Assembly: GCA_964016885.1 (NCBI GenBank) | Contig: OZ024754.1 | Coordinates: 37,696,001-37,760,000 of the forward strand | DNA: 64,000 nucleotides | Source of the DNA: Eledone cirrhosa | Taxonomy: Eukaryota | Reading direction: 5' to 3' | Shown here: in pieces, positions 1 through 14,400 of the stretch | How the letters are laid out: every line of letters begins with the position of its first letter | Position numbering within the stretch: the stretch's first letter is position 1 | The notes under the pieces: model-generated | Database searches by the model: none | Told to the model about the DNA's origin: nothing | The model's input: the letters and a program-made list of their open reading frames with translations, nothing else | Translations under genes and position numbers: made by a program

Positions 1-41
1 AGCTAAACAAAATTTACATAAATACATACATACATACATAC

Positions 42-624
42 ATGGTGCCTGCCAACTTGTTTTCGAGTACGGCCACTACTTTATAACCATGTCGGAGAAC
101 CCCTAGCGATGCGCTGAACAAGTGTGATTTTTTAGTCCAGCCAGCGACTTGATCACTCTGGTACAAACACTACACTTGTGACAATTATTGACACATAGTG
201 CTGGGCCCATGGTACCTTGTGATGACAAGTGCAGAGAGATCTCCAGATATAAAGCAATGCCTGTGCTATGAAGCTTTTATAGTGAGCAAAGGCACTGCAC
301 AAAGCCAGTCCCACTCTCTTAACCAAGATGTCTCATGGTCGGGTCGTTGGCGACTAAACTGGCAACCACCAGGGTTTCTTGGTGAGGAGGGTGACTTTGG
401 ACATCCTGCAGGACTAAAAACAAAACCTGTCAAAGGGCAAAGGAGCTCTTAAGAGTCAATGGCCATCCAAAATCACCGGGATAGATGACCCCTTAGCCTT
501 TGTCAAGGCAGAATTCTAGGAGAAGGAAAACTCTGATATAACACCTGCAACCCTGATGGTATCCAATGATGTTGACTTGTTCTTCTTTTTGGTAAATATC
601 ATCTTGGTTAAGAGAGTGGGACTG
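42..624 (-). mobile_element. Non-autonomous RTE-LINE-derived element with (TATG)n tail and inverted 5' part; copies at ~2446-3028, 6268-6852, 9058-9642, 12048-12632, 14833-15417, 17175-17759
   Basis: In the intact copies (e.g. 6268-6852) the minus strand ends in a C2H2-like CSVCTRVFKSLAGLKNHTCSAHR*, a short UTR and (ATGT)n, as in RTE ORF C-termini. The other half is the inverted version of 45085-45357. Confidence 0.7.
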
Positions 625-1633
625 ACATACATACATACATACATACATACATACATACATACATACATACATACATACATACATACATAAAACTTTATTC
701 GAATTCGTAGAGATGTCTGACTAAATACATATTTCATTTTACAAGAATCTGTAATAAGCAGCAAGGCTGAACACAAGGGCAGAAAAATCATTAAGGAAGT
801 CCCGAAGAAAAACGACGAGAAAGGTAAACAAAATTTACATACATACATCTTTTATTCGAATTCATAGAGATACCCGACTAAATACATAATTCATTTTACA
901 AGGATTTGCTACAAAGAGCCTGGCTGAACACATCCCCAGCAACATTATCGAAGTACCGAACGAAAACAATGAAAAAGGTAAACAAAATGTACATACATAC
1001 ATACATCTTTTAATCGAATTCGTAGAGGTATCCGACTAAATAGATTATTCATTTTACAAGGATTTGCTACAAAGAGCCAGGCAGAACACACCATCAACAA
1101 CATTATGGAAGTACCGATCGAAAATGATGAGAAAGGTAAACAAAATATACATACATACATACAAACATCTTTTATTCGAATTTGAAGAGATACCCGACTA
1201 AATACATAATTTATTTTACAAGGATTTGCTACAAACGTCATGGCTGAACACAACATCAACAACATTATTGAAGTACCGAACGAAAGCAATGAGAAAGGTA
1301 AACAAAATGTACATATATACATACATACATCTTTTATACGAATTCGTAGAGATACACGACTAAATACATTATTTATTTTACAAGGATTTGCCACAAGCAG
1401 CAAGGCTGAAGACAAGGGCACCAAAATCATTAAGGAAGTACCGAAGAAAAAGGACAAGAAAGGTAAACAAAATTTAAATGCATACATACATACATCTTTT
1501 ATTCGAATTCGTAGAGATACCCGACTAAATACTTAATTCATTATACAAGGATTTGCTACAAAGAGCCTGGCTGAACACATCCTCAGCAATTTTATCGAAG
1601 TACCGAACGAAAACAATGAGAAAGGTAAACAAA

Positions 1634-1666
<33 letters not shown>

Positions 1667-3899
1667 CATACATACATACATACATACATACATACATACA
1701 TACATACATCTTTTATTCGAATTCGTAGAGGTATCCAACTAAATACATTATTCATTTTACAAGGATTTGCTACAAACAACATGGCTGAACACAGCAAGAC
1801 CAGCAACATTAAGGAAGCAATGAAGAAAATCAGCGAGAAAGGTAAACAAAATTTACATACATACATACATACAAATATCTTTTCGAATTCGTAGAGATAT
1901 CTGACTAAATACATAATTCATTTTACAAGAATCTGCTATAATCAGCAAGGCTGAACACAAGGGCAGCAAAATCATTAAAGAAGTAGCGAAGAAAAACGAC
2001 AAGAAAGCTAAACAAAATTTACATAAATACATACAAAAATACATACATACATACATACATACATACATACATACATACATACATACAGATATACATACAT
2101 CTTTTATTCGAATTCGTAGAGGTATCCAACTAAATACATTATTCATTTTACAAGGATTTGCTACAAACAACATGGCTGAACACAGCAAGACCAGCAACAT
2201 TAAGGAAGCAATGAAGAAAATCAGCGAGAAAGGTAAACAAAATTTACATACATACATACATACAAAGATCTTTTCGAATTCGTAGAGATATCTGACTAAA
2301 TACATAATTCATTTTACAAGAATCTGCTATAATCAGCAAGGCTGAACACAAGGGCACCAAAATCATTAAAGGATTACCGAAGAAAAACGACAAGAAAGCT
2401 AAACAAAATTTACATAAATACATACATACATACATACATACATACATGGTGGCTGCCAACTCGTTTTCGAGTACGGCCACTACTTTATAACCATGTCGGA
2501 GAACCCCTAGCGATGCGCTGAACAAGTGTGATTTTTTAGTCCAGCCAGCGACTTGAACACTCTGGTACAAATACTACACTTGTGACAATTATTGACACAT
2601 AGTGCTGGGCCCATGGTACCTTGTGATGACAAGTGCAGAGAGATCTCCAGATATAAAGCAATGCCTGTGCTATGAAGCTTTTATAGTGAGCAAAGGCACT
2701 GCACAAAGCCAGTCCCACTCTCTTAACCAAGATGTCTCATGGTCGGGTCGTTGGTGACTAAACTGGCAACCCCACCAGGGTTTCTTGGTGAGGAGGGTGA
2801 CTTTGGACATCCTGCAGGACTAAAAACAAAACCTGTCAAAGGGCAAAGGAGCTCTTAAGAGTCAATGGCCATCCAAAATCACCGGGATAGATGACCCCTT
2901 AGCCTTTGTAAATGCAGAATTCTAGGAGAAGGAAAACTCTGATATAACACCTGCAACCCTGATGGTATCCAATGATGTTGACTTGTTCTTCTTTTTGGTA
3001 AATATCATCTTGGTTAAGAGAGTGGGACATACATACATACATACATACATACATACATACATACATACATACATACATACATACATACATACATACATAA
3101 AACTTTATTCGAATTCGTAGAGATGTTTGACTAAATACATATTTCATTTTACAAGAATCTGTAATAAGCAGCAAGGCTGAACACAAGGGCAGAAAAATCA
3201 TTAAGGAAGTCCCGAAGAAAAACGACGAGAAAGGTAAACAAACTTTACATACATACATCTTTTATTCGAATTCATAGAGATACCCGACTAAATACATAAT
3301 TCATTTTACAAGGATTTGCTACAAAGAGCATGGCTGAACACATCCCCAGCAACATTATCGAAGTACCGAACGAAAACAATGAGAAAGGTAAACAAAATGT
3401 ACATACATACATACATCTTTTAATCGAATTCGTAGAGGTATCCGACTAAATAGATTATTCATTTTAGAAGGATTTGCTACAAAGAGCCAGGCAGAACACA
3501 CCCTCAACAACATTATGGAAGTAGCGATCGAAAATAATGAGAAAGGTAAACAAAATATACATACATACATACATACATCTTTTATTCGAATTTGAAGAGA
3601 TACCCGACTAAATACATAATTTATTTTACAAGGGTTTGCTACAAACGTCATGGCTGAACACAACATCAACAACATTATTGAAGTACCGAACGAAAGCAAT
3701 GAGAAAGGTAAACAAAATGTACATATTTACATACATAGATCTTTTATACGAATTCGTAGAGATACACGACTAAATACATTATTTATTTTACAAGGATTTG
3801 CTACAAACGTCATGGCTGAACACAACATCAACAACATTATGGAAGTACCGCAGGAAAGCAATGAGAAAGGTAAACAAAATGTACATATATACATACATA

Positions 3900-4989
3900 T
3901 ATAATCAACAACAAAGAACGCTTAGAGCATAGGTATATCTTTACTTGCTGACAGTGTTTCGTCCACACTATAAGTGGGACTCATCAGAGCATAAAGAGTG
4001 ATTACATATTACACAAGCAATAACAAAACCAAGACAGAAGAATATAATGGGGATGCAATAAGTTGGGAGGGGTTTAAAGAGTAGAGTAAATAGAGTGTAG
4101 AAAATAAAATTGGAGGATAAAGAATAGTGAAATGTAAAAAAAATAAATAATAAACATTGAAGAAATAAAAAATAAACATTGAAAAATAAGCATTGAAAAA
4201 TAAGAGGTGCTATCAGTCACAGTTGGGCAGGGTGCTGTTAACAAACAGTTACATACAAGCATACGCATAAGCATGAGCACCCGCATGCAACCACACAATA
4301 AGCAGCCATATGCAACACATATAGTATAGACTAATACAAATAACATATCATGGACGAGTATGCAAAAGCTAAGCGATAAATGGTGGATATACAATGGGTA
4401 AAAATACAATGGGTAAAAGTAAGATAAACAAAGGATAAAAATAGATTAACCATAGATAAAAAATAGATTAACCATGGATAAGAGATAGAGAATAGATAAG
4501 GAATAGAAAGAAATAGATAAGATAGATAAGAGTAGATAAAAATAGATAAAAAATAGATAAAAAATAGATAAAAATAGATAAAAAATAGATAAAAAATAGA
4601 TAAAAAATAGATAAAAAATACATAAAAAATAGATTAAAAATAGATAAAAAATAGACAAATAATATATATAAAAAATATAAAATATAAAAAATATATATAT
4701 AAAATATACAGATAATAAAGATAAAGGGTAAAGAATAAATAAAATAGAATTATATAAAATAATATACAATGAAATAAAATAAAATAAAGTAAAGTGAGAT
4801 AGGATATATATTTTTTGAATATATTTCTTGAATATATCAGGGGCACACGAACGCCTTAAGTGTTACAGTCAGCCATATCACAACAATCAATGTTGATTAT
4901 ATTACGGCTCTGCCCTCAGACATCGAGCTAACCTTATACTGCCTATTGGATAAGTGGAGTGTTACACACTCCTAATCCCCTCCCTTATA
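3900..4989 (-). mobile_element. Penelope-like non-autonomous insertion into a (CATA)n tract of the array
   Basis: Unique ~1.09-kb AT-rich segment flanked by a duplicated TACATATATACATACATA (3882-3899 / 4990-5007). Carries a hammerhead motif and a short inverted TATAATCAACA...TGTTGATTATA. Confidence 0.6.
3946..3991 (-). ncRNA. Minimal type I hammerhead ribozyme motif
   Basis: Minus strand: UGCU-CUGAUGA-GUCC(CACUUAUAGUGU)GGAC-GAAAC-ACU-GUC-AGCA. Full catalytic core, stem I UGCU/AGCA, stem II GUCC/GGAC, GUC cleavage triplet. Confidence 0.75.
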
Positions 4990-5475
4990 TACATATATAC
5001 ATACATACATCTTTTATACGAATTCGTAGAGATACACGACTAAATACATTATTTATTTTACAAGGATTTGCTACAAACGTCATGGCTGAACACAACATCA
5101 ACAACATTATGGAAGTACCGAACGAAAGCAATGAGAAAGGTAAACAAAATGTACATATATACATACATACATATTTTATTCGAATTCGTAGAGGTATCCG
5201 ACTAAATACATAATTCATTTTACAAGGATTTGCTACAAGCAGCAAGGCTGAAGACAAGGGCACCAAAATCATTAAGGAAGTACCGAAGAAAAAGGACAAG
5301 AAAGGTAAACAAAATTTAAATGCATACATACATACATCTTTTATTCGAATTCGTAGAGATACCCGACTAAATACTTAATTCATTATACAAGGATTTGCTA
5401 CAAAGAGCCTGGCTGAACACATCCTCAGCAATTTTATCGAGGTACCGAACGAAAACAGTGAGAAAGGTAAACAAA

Positions 5476-5508
<33 letters not shown>

Positions 5509-8225
5509 CATACATACATACATACATACATCTTTTATTCGAATTCGTAGAGGTATCCAACTAAATACATTATTCATTTTACAAGGATTTGCTACAAACA
5601 ACATGGCTGAACACAGCAAGACCAGCAACATTAAGGAAGCAATGAAGAAAATCAGCGAGAAAGGTAAACAAAATTTACATACATACATACATACATACAA
5701 ACATCTTTTCGAATTCGTAGAGATATCTGACTAAATACATGATTCATTTTACAAGAATCTGCTATAATCAGCAAGGCTGAACACAAGGGCAGCAAAATCA
5801 TTAAAGAAGTAGCGAAGAAAAACGACAAGAAAGCTAAACAAAATTTACATAAATACATACAAAAATACATACATACATACATACATACATACATACATAC
5901 ATACATACATACATACATACATACATACATCTTTTATTCGAATTCGTAGAGGTATTCAACTAAATACATTATTCATTTTACAAGGATTTGCTACAAACAA
6001 CATGGCTGAACACAGCAAGACCAGCAACATTAAGGAAGCAATGAAGAAAATCAGCGAGAAAGGTAAACAAAATTTACATACATACATACAAACATCTTTT
6101 CGAATTCGTAGAGATATCTGACTAAATACATAATTCATTTTACAAGAATCTGCTATAATCAGCAAGGCTGAACACAAGGGCACCAAAATCATTAAAGGAT
6201 TACCGAAGAAAAACGACAAGAAAGCTAAACAAAATTTACATAAATACATACATACATACATACATACATGGTGGCTGCCAACTCGTTTTCGAGTACGGCC
6301 ACTACTTGATAACCATGTCGGAGAACCCCTAGCGATGCGCTGAACAAGTGTGATTTTTTAGTCCAGCCAGCGACTTGAACACTCTGGTACAAACACTACA
6401 CTTGTGACAATTATTGACACATAGTGCTGGGCCCATGGTACCTTGTGATGACAAGTGCAGAGAGATCTCCAGATATAAAGCAATGCCTGTGCTATGAAGC
6501 TTTTATAGTGAGCAAAGGCACTGCACAAAGCCAGTCCCATTCTCTTAACCAAGATGTCTTATGGTCGGGTCGTTGGCGACTAAACTGGCAACCCCACCAG
6601 GGTTTCTTGGTGAGGAGGGTGACTTTGGACATCCTGCAGGACTAAAAACAAAACCTGTCAAAGGGCAAAGGAGCTCTTAAGAGTCAATGGCCATCCAAAA
6701 TCACCGGGATAGATGACCCCTTAGCCTTTGTCAAGGCAGAATTGTAGGAGAAGGAAAACTCTGATATAACACCTGCAACCCTGATGGTATCCAATGATGT
6801 TGACTTGTTCTTCTTTTTGGTAAATATCGTCTTGGTTAAGAGAGTAGGACTGACATACATACATACATACATACATACATACATACATACATACATACAT
6901 ACATACATACATACATACATACATACATACATACATACATACATACATACATACATAAAACTTTATTCGAATTCGTAGAGATGTTTGACTTAATACATAT
7001 TTCATTTTACAAGAATCTGTAATAAGCAGCAAGGCTGAACACAAGGGCAGAAAAATCATTAAGGAAGTACCGAAGAAAAACGACGAGAAAGGTAAACAAA
7101 ATTTACATACATACATCTTTTATTCGAATTCATAGAGATACCCGACTAAATACATAATTCATTTTACAAGGATTTGCTACAAAGAGCATGGCTGAACACA
7201 TCCCCAGCAACATTATCGAAGTACCGAACGAAAACAATGAGAAAGGTAAACAAAATGTACATACATACATACATCTTTTAATCGAATTCGTAGAGGTATC
7301 CGACTAAATAGATTATTCATTTTACAAGGATTTGCTAAAAAGAGCCAGGCAGAACACACCCTCAACAACATTATGGAAGTACCGATCGAAAATAATGAGA
7401 AAGGTAAACAAAATATACATTCATACATACAAACATCTTTTATTCGAATTTGAAGAGATACCCGACTAAATAAATAATTTATTTTACAAGGATTTGCTAC
7501 AAACGTCATGGCTGAACACAACATCAACAACATTATTGAAGTACCGAACGAAAGCAATGAGAAAGGTAAACAAAATGTACATATATACATACATACATCT
7601 TTTATACGAATTCGTAGAGATACACGACTAAATACATTATTTATTTTACAAGGATTTGCCACAAACGTCATGGCTGAACACAACATCAACAACATTATGG
7701 AAGTACCGAACGAAAGCAATGAGAAAGGTAAACAAAATGTACATATATACATACATACATCTTTTATACGAATTCGTAAAGATACACGACTAAATACATT
7801 ATTTATTTTACAAGGATTTGCTACAAACGTCATGGCTGAACACAACATCAGCAACATTATGGAAGTACCGAACGAAAGCAATGAGAAAGGTAAACAAAAT
7901 GTACATATATACATACATACATATTTTATTCGAATTCGTAGAGGTATCCGACTAAATACATAATTCATTTTACAAGGATTTGCCACAAGCAGCAAGGCTG
8001 AAGACAAGGGCACCAAAATCATTAAGGAAGTACCGAAGAAAAAGGACAAGAAAGGTAAACAAAATTTAAATGCATACATACATACATCTTTTATTCGAAT
8101 TCGTAGAGATACCCGACTAAATACTTAATTCATTATACAAGGATTTGCTACAAAGAGCCTGGCTGAACACATCCTCAGCAATTTTATCGAAGTACCGAAC
8201 GAAAACAATGAGAAAGGTAAACAAA

Positions 8226-8258
<33 letters not shown>

Positions 8259-9022
8259 CATACATACATACATACATACATACATACATACATACATACA
8301 TCTTTTATTCGAATTCGTAGAGGTATCCAACTAAATACATTATTCATTTTACAAGGATTTGCTACAAACAACATGGCTGAACACAGCAAGACCAGCAACA
8401 TTAAGGAAGCAATGAAGAAAATCAGCGAGAAAGGTAAACAAAATTTACATACATACATACATACAAAGATCTTTTCGAATTCGTAGAGATATCTGACTAA
8501 ATACATAATTCATTTTACAAGAATCTGCTATAATCAGCAAGGCTGAACACAAGGGCAGCAAAATCATTAAAGAAGTAGCGAAGAAAAACGACTAGAAAGC
8601 TAAACAAAATTTACATAAATACATACAAAAATACATACATACATACATACATACATACATACATACATACATACATACATACATACAGATATACATACAT
8701 CTTTTATTCGAATTCGTAGAGGTATCCAACTAAATACATTATTCATTTTACAAGGATTTGCTACAAACAACATGGCTGAACACAGCAAGACCAGCAACAT
8801 TAAGGAAGCAATGAAGAAAATCAGCGAGAAAGGTAAACAAAATTTACATACATACATACAAAGATCTTTTCGAATTCGTAGAGATATCTGACTAAATACA
8901 TAATTCATTTTACAAGAATCTGCTATAATCAGCAAGGCTGAACACAAGGGCACCAAAATCATTAAAGGATTACCGAAGAAAAACGACAAGAAAGCTAAAC
9001 AAAATTTACATAAATACATACA

Positions 9023-9056
<34 letters not shown>

Positions 9057-11165
9057 CATGGTGGCTGCCCACTCGTTTTCGAGTACGGCCACTACTTTAT
9101 AACCATGTCGGAGAACCCCTAGCGATGCGCTGAACAAGTGTGATTTTTTAGTCCAGCCAGCGACTTGAACACTCTGGTACAAACACTACACTTGTGACAA
9201 TTATTGACACATAGTGCTGGGCCCATGGTACCTTGTGATGACAAGTGCAGAGAGATCTCCAGATATAAAGCAATGCCTGTGCTATGAAGCTTTTATAGTG
9301 AGCAAAGTCACTGCACAAAGCCAGTCCCACTCTCTTAAACAAGATGTCTCATGGTCGGGTCGTTGGCGACTAAACTGGCAACCCCACCAGGGTTTCTTGG
9401 TGAGGAGGGTGACTTTGGACATACTGAAGGACTAAAAACAAAACCTGTCAAAGGGCAAAGGAGCTCTTAAGAGTCAATGGCCATCCAAAATCACCGGGAT
9501 AGATGACCCCTTAGCCTTTGTCAAGGCAGAATTCTAGGAGTAGGAAAACTCTGATATAACACCTGCAACCCTGATGGTATCCAATGATGTTGACTTGTTC
9601 TTCTTTTTGGTAAATATCATCTTGGTTAAGAGAGTGGGACTGACATACATACATACATACATACATACATACATACATACATACATACATACATACATAC
9701 ATACATACATACATACATACATACATACATACATAAAACTTTATTCGAATTCGTAGAGATGTCTGACTAAATACATATTTCATTTTACAAGAATCTGTAA
9801 TAAGCAGCAAGGCTGAACACAAGGACAGAAAAATCATTAAGGAAGTACCGGAGAAAAACGACGAGATAGGTAAACAAAATTTACATACATACATCTTTTA
9901 TTCGAATACATAGAGATACCCGACTAAATACATAATTCATTTTACAAGGATTTGCTACAAAGAGCATGGCTGAACACATCCCCAGCAACATTATCGAAGT
10001 ACCGAACGAAAACAATGAGAAAGGTAAACAAAATGTACATACATACATACATACATCTTTTAATCGAATTCGTAGAGGTATCCGACTAAATAGATTATTC
10101 ATTTTACAAGGATTTGCTACAAAGAGCCAGGCAGAACACACCCTCAACAACATTATGGAAGTACCGATCGAAAATAATGAGAAAGGTAAACAAAATATAC
10201 ATACATACATACGTACATCTTTTATTCGAATTTGAAGAGATACCCGACTAAATACATAATTTATTTTACAAGGATTTGCTACAAACGTCATGGCTGAACA
10301 CAACATCAACAACATTATTGAAATACCGAACGAAAGCAATGAGAAAGGTAATCAAAATGTACATATATACATACATACATCTTTTATACGAATTCGTAGA
10401 GATACACGACTAAATACATTATTTATTTTACAAGGATTTGCTACAAACGTCATGGCTGAACACAACATCAACAACATTATGGAAGTACCGAACGAAAGCA
10501 ATGAGAAAGGTAAACAAAATGTACATATATACATACATACATCTTTTATACGAATTCGTAGAGATACACGACTAAATACATTATTTATTTTACAAGGATT
10601 TGCTACAAACGTCATGGCTGAACACAACATCAATAACATTATGGAAGTACCGAACGAAAGCAATGAGAAAGGTAAACAAAATGTACATATATACATACAT
10701 ACATCTTTTATACGAATTCGTAGAGATACACGACTAAATACATTATTTATTTTACAAGGATTTGCTACAAACGTCATGGCTGAACACAACATCAACAACA
10801 TTATGGAAGTACCGAACGAAAGCAATGAGAAAGGTAAACAAAATGTACATACATACATACATATTTTATTCGAATTCGTAGAGGTATCCGACTAAATAAA
10901 TAATTCATTTTACAAGGATTTGCTACAAGCAGCAAGGCTGAAGACAAGGGCACCAAAATCATTAAGGAAGTACCGAAGAAAAAGGACGAGAAAGGTAAAC
11001 AAAATTTAAATGCATACATACATACATCTTTTATTCGAATTCGTAGAGATACCCGACTAAATACTTAATTCATTATACAAGGATTTGTTACAAAGAGCCT
11101 GGCTGAACACATCCTCAGCAATTTTATCGAAGTACCGAACGAAAACAATGAGAAAGGTAAACAAA

Positions 11166-11198
<33 letters not shown>

Positions 11199-11584
11199 CA
11201 TCTTTTATTCGAATTCGTAGAGGTATCCAACTAAATACATTATTCATTTTACAAGCATACTTACATTTTACATGCATACTTACATTTTACAAGGATTTGC
11301 TACAAACAACATGGCTGAACACAGCAAGACCAGCAACATTAAGGAAGCAATGAAGAAAATCAGCGAGAAAGGTAAACAAAATTTACATACATACATACAT
11401 ACATACAAAGATCTTTTCGAATTCGTAGAGATATCTGACTAAATACATAATTCATTTCACAAGAATCTGCTATAATCAGCAAGGCTGAACACAAGGGCAG
11501 CAAAATCATTAAAGAAGTAGCGAAGAAAAACGACAAGAAAGCTAAACAAAATTTACATAAATACATACAAAAATACATACATAC

Positions 11585-11615
<31 letters not shown>

Positions 11616-13613
11616 CATACATACATACATACATACATACATACATGCATACATACATACAGATATACATACATCTTTTATTCGAATTCGTAGAGGTATC
11701 CAACTAAATACATTATTCATTTTACAAGGATTTGCTACAAACAACATGGCTGAACACAGCAAGACCAGCAACATTAAGGAAGCAATGAAGAAAATCAGTG
11801 AGAAAGGTAAACAAAATTTACATACATACATACATACAAAGATCTTTTCGAATTCGTAGAGATATCTGACTAAATACATAATTCATTTTACAAGAATCTG
11901 CTATAATCAGCAAGGCTGAACACAAGGGCACCATAATCATTAAAGGATTACCGAAGAAAAACGACAAGAAAGCTAAACAAAATTTACATAAATACATACA
12001 TACATACATACATACATACATACATACATACATACATACATACATACATGGTGGCTGCCAACTCGTTTTCGAGTACGGCTACTACTTTATAACCATGTCG
12101 GAGAACCCCTAGCGATGCGCTGAACAAGTGTGATTTTTTAGTCCAGCCAGCGACTTGAACACTCTGGTACAAACACTACACTTGTGACAATTATTGACAC
12201 ATAGTGCTGGGCCCATGGTACCTTGTGATGACAAGTGCAGAGAGATCTCCAGATATAAAGCAATGCCTGTGCTATGAAGCTTTTATAGTGAGCAAAGGCA
12301 CTGCACAAAGCCAGTCCCACTCTCTTAACCAAGATGTCTCATGGTCGGGTCGTTGGCGACTAAACTGGCAACCCCACCAGGGTTTCTTGGTGAGGAGGGT
12401 GACTTTGGACATCCTGCAGGACTAAAAACAAAACCTGTCAAAGGGCAAAGGAGCTCTTAAGAGTCAATGGCCATCCAAAATCACCGGGATAGATGACCCC
12501 TTAGCCTTTGTCAAGGCAGAATTCTAGGAGAAGGAAAACTCTGATATAACACCTGCAACCCTGATGGTATCCAATGATGTTGACTTGTTCTTCTTTTTGG
12601 TAAATATCATCTTGGTTAAGAGAGTGGGACTGACATACATACATACATACATACATACATACATACATAAAACTTTATTCGAATTCGTAGAGATGTTTGA
12701 CTAAATACATATTTCATTTTACAAGAATCTGTAATAAGTAGCAAGGCTGAACACAAGGGCAGAAAAATCATTAAGGAAGTACCGAAGAAAAACGACGAGA
12801 AAGGTAAACAAAATTTACATACATACATCTTTTATTCGAATTCATAGAGATACCCGACTAAATACATAATTCATTTTACAAGGATTTGCTACAAAGAGCA
12901 TGGCTGAACACATCCCCAGCAACATTATCGAAGTACCGAACGAAAACAATGAGAAAGGTAAACAAAATGTACATACATACATACATCTTTTAATCGAATT
13001 CGTAGAGGTATCCGACTAAATAGATTATTCATTTTACAAGGATTTGCTACAAAGAGCCAGGCAGAACACACCCTCAACAACATTATGGAAGTACCGATCG
13101 AAAATAATGAGAAAGGTAAACAAAATATACATACATACATACAAACATCTTTTATTCGAATTTGAAGAGATACCCGACTAAATACATAATTTATTTTACA
13201 AGGATTTGCTACAAACGTCATGGCTGAACACAACATCAACAACATTATTGAAGTACCGAACGAAAGCAATGAGAAAGGTAAACAAAATGTACATATATAC
13301 ATACATACATATTTTATTCGAATTCGTAGAGGTATCCGACTAAATACATAATTCAATTTACAAGGATTTGCTACAAGCAGCAAGGCTGAAGACAAGGGCA
13401 CCAAAATCATTAAGGAAGTACCGAAGAAAAAGGACAAGAAAGGTAAACAAAATTTAAATGCATACATACATACATCTTTTATTCGAATTCGTAGAGATAC
13501 CCGACTAAATACTTAATTCATTATACAAGGATTTGCTACAAAGAGCCTGGCTGAACACATCCTCAGCAATTTTATCGAAGTACCGAACGAAAACAATGAG
13601 AAAGGTAAACAAA

Positions 13614-13645
<32 letters not shown>

Positions 13646-14369
13646 CTTTTATTCGAATTCGTAGAGGTATCCAACTAAATACATTATTCATTTTACAAGG
13701 ATTTGCTACAAACAACATGGCTGAACACAGCAAGACCAGCAACATTAAGGAAGCAATGAAGAAAATCAGCGAGAAAGGTAAACAAAATTTGCATACATAC
13801 ATACATACAAACATCTTTTCGAATTCGTAGAGATATCTGACTAAAAACATAATTCATTTTACAAGAATCTGCTATAATCAGCAAGGCTGAACACAAGGGC
13901 AGCAAAATCATTAAAGATGTAGCGAAGAAAAACGACAAGAAAGCTAAACAAAATTTACATAAATACATACAAAAATACATACATACATACATACATACAT
14001 ACATACATACATACATACATACATCTTTTATTCGAATTCGTAGAGGTATTCAACTAAATACATTATTCATTTTACAAGGATTTGCTACAAACAACATGGC
14101 TGAACACAGCAAGACCAGCAACATTAAGGAAGCAATGAAGAAAATCAGCGAGAAAGGTAAACAAAATTTACATACATACATACATACATACAAAGATCTT
14201 TTCGAATTCGTAGAGATATCTGACTAAATACATAATTCATTTCACAAGAATCTGCTATAATCAGCAAGGCTGAACACAAGGGCAGCAAAATCATTAAAGA
14301 AGTAGCGAAGAAAAACGACAAGAAAGCTAAACAAAATTTACATAAATACATACAAAAATACATACATAC

Positions 14370-14400
<31 letters not shown>

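Noticed and set aside
1500-1530. CENP-B-box-like motif in the conserved core (TTCG...CCCG)
   Set aside because: Does not fit TTCGnnnnAnnCGGG on either strand; only short palindromes (TTCGAA, CGAATTCG) are present.
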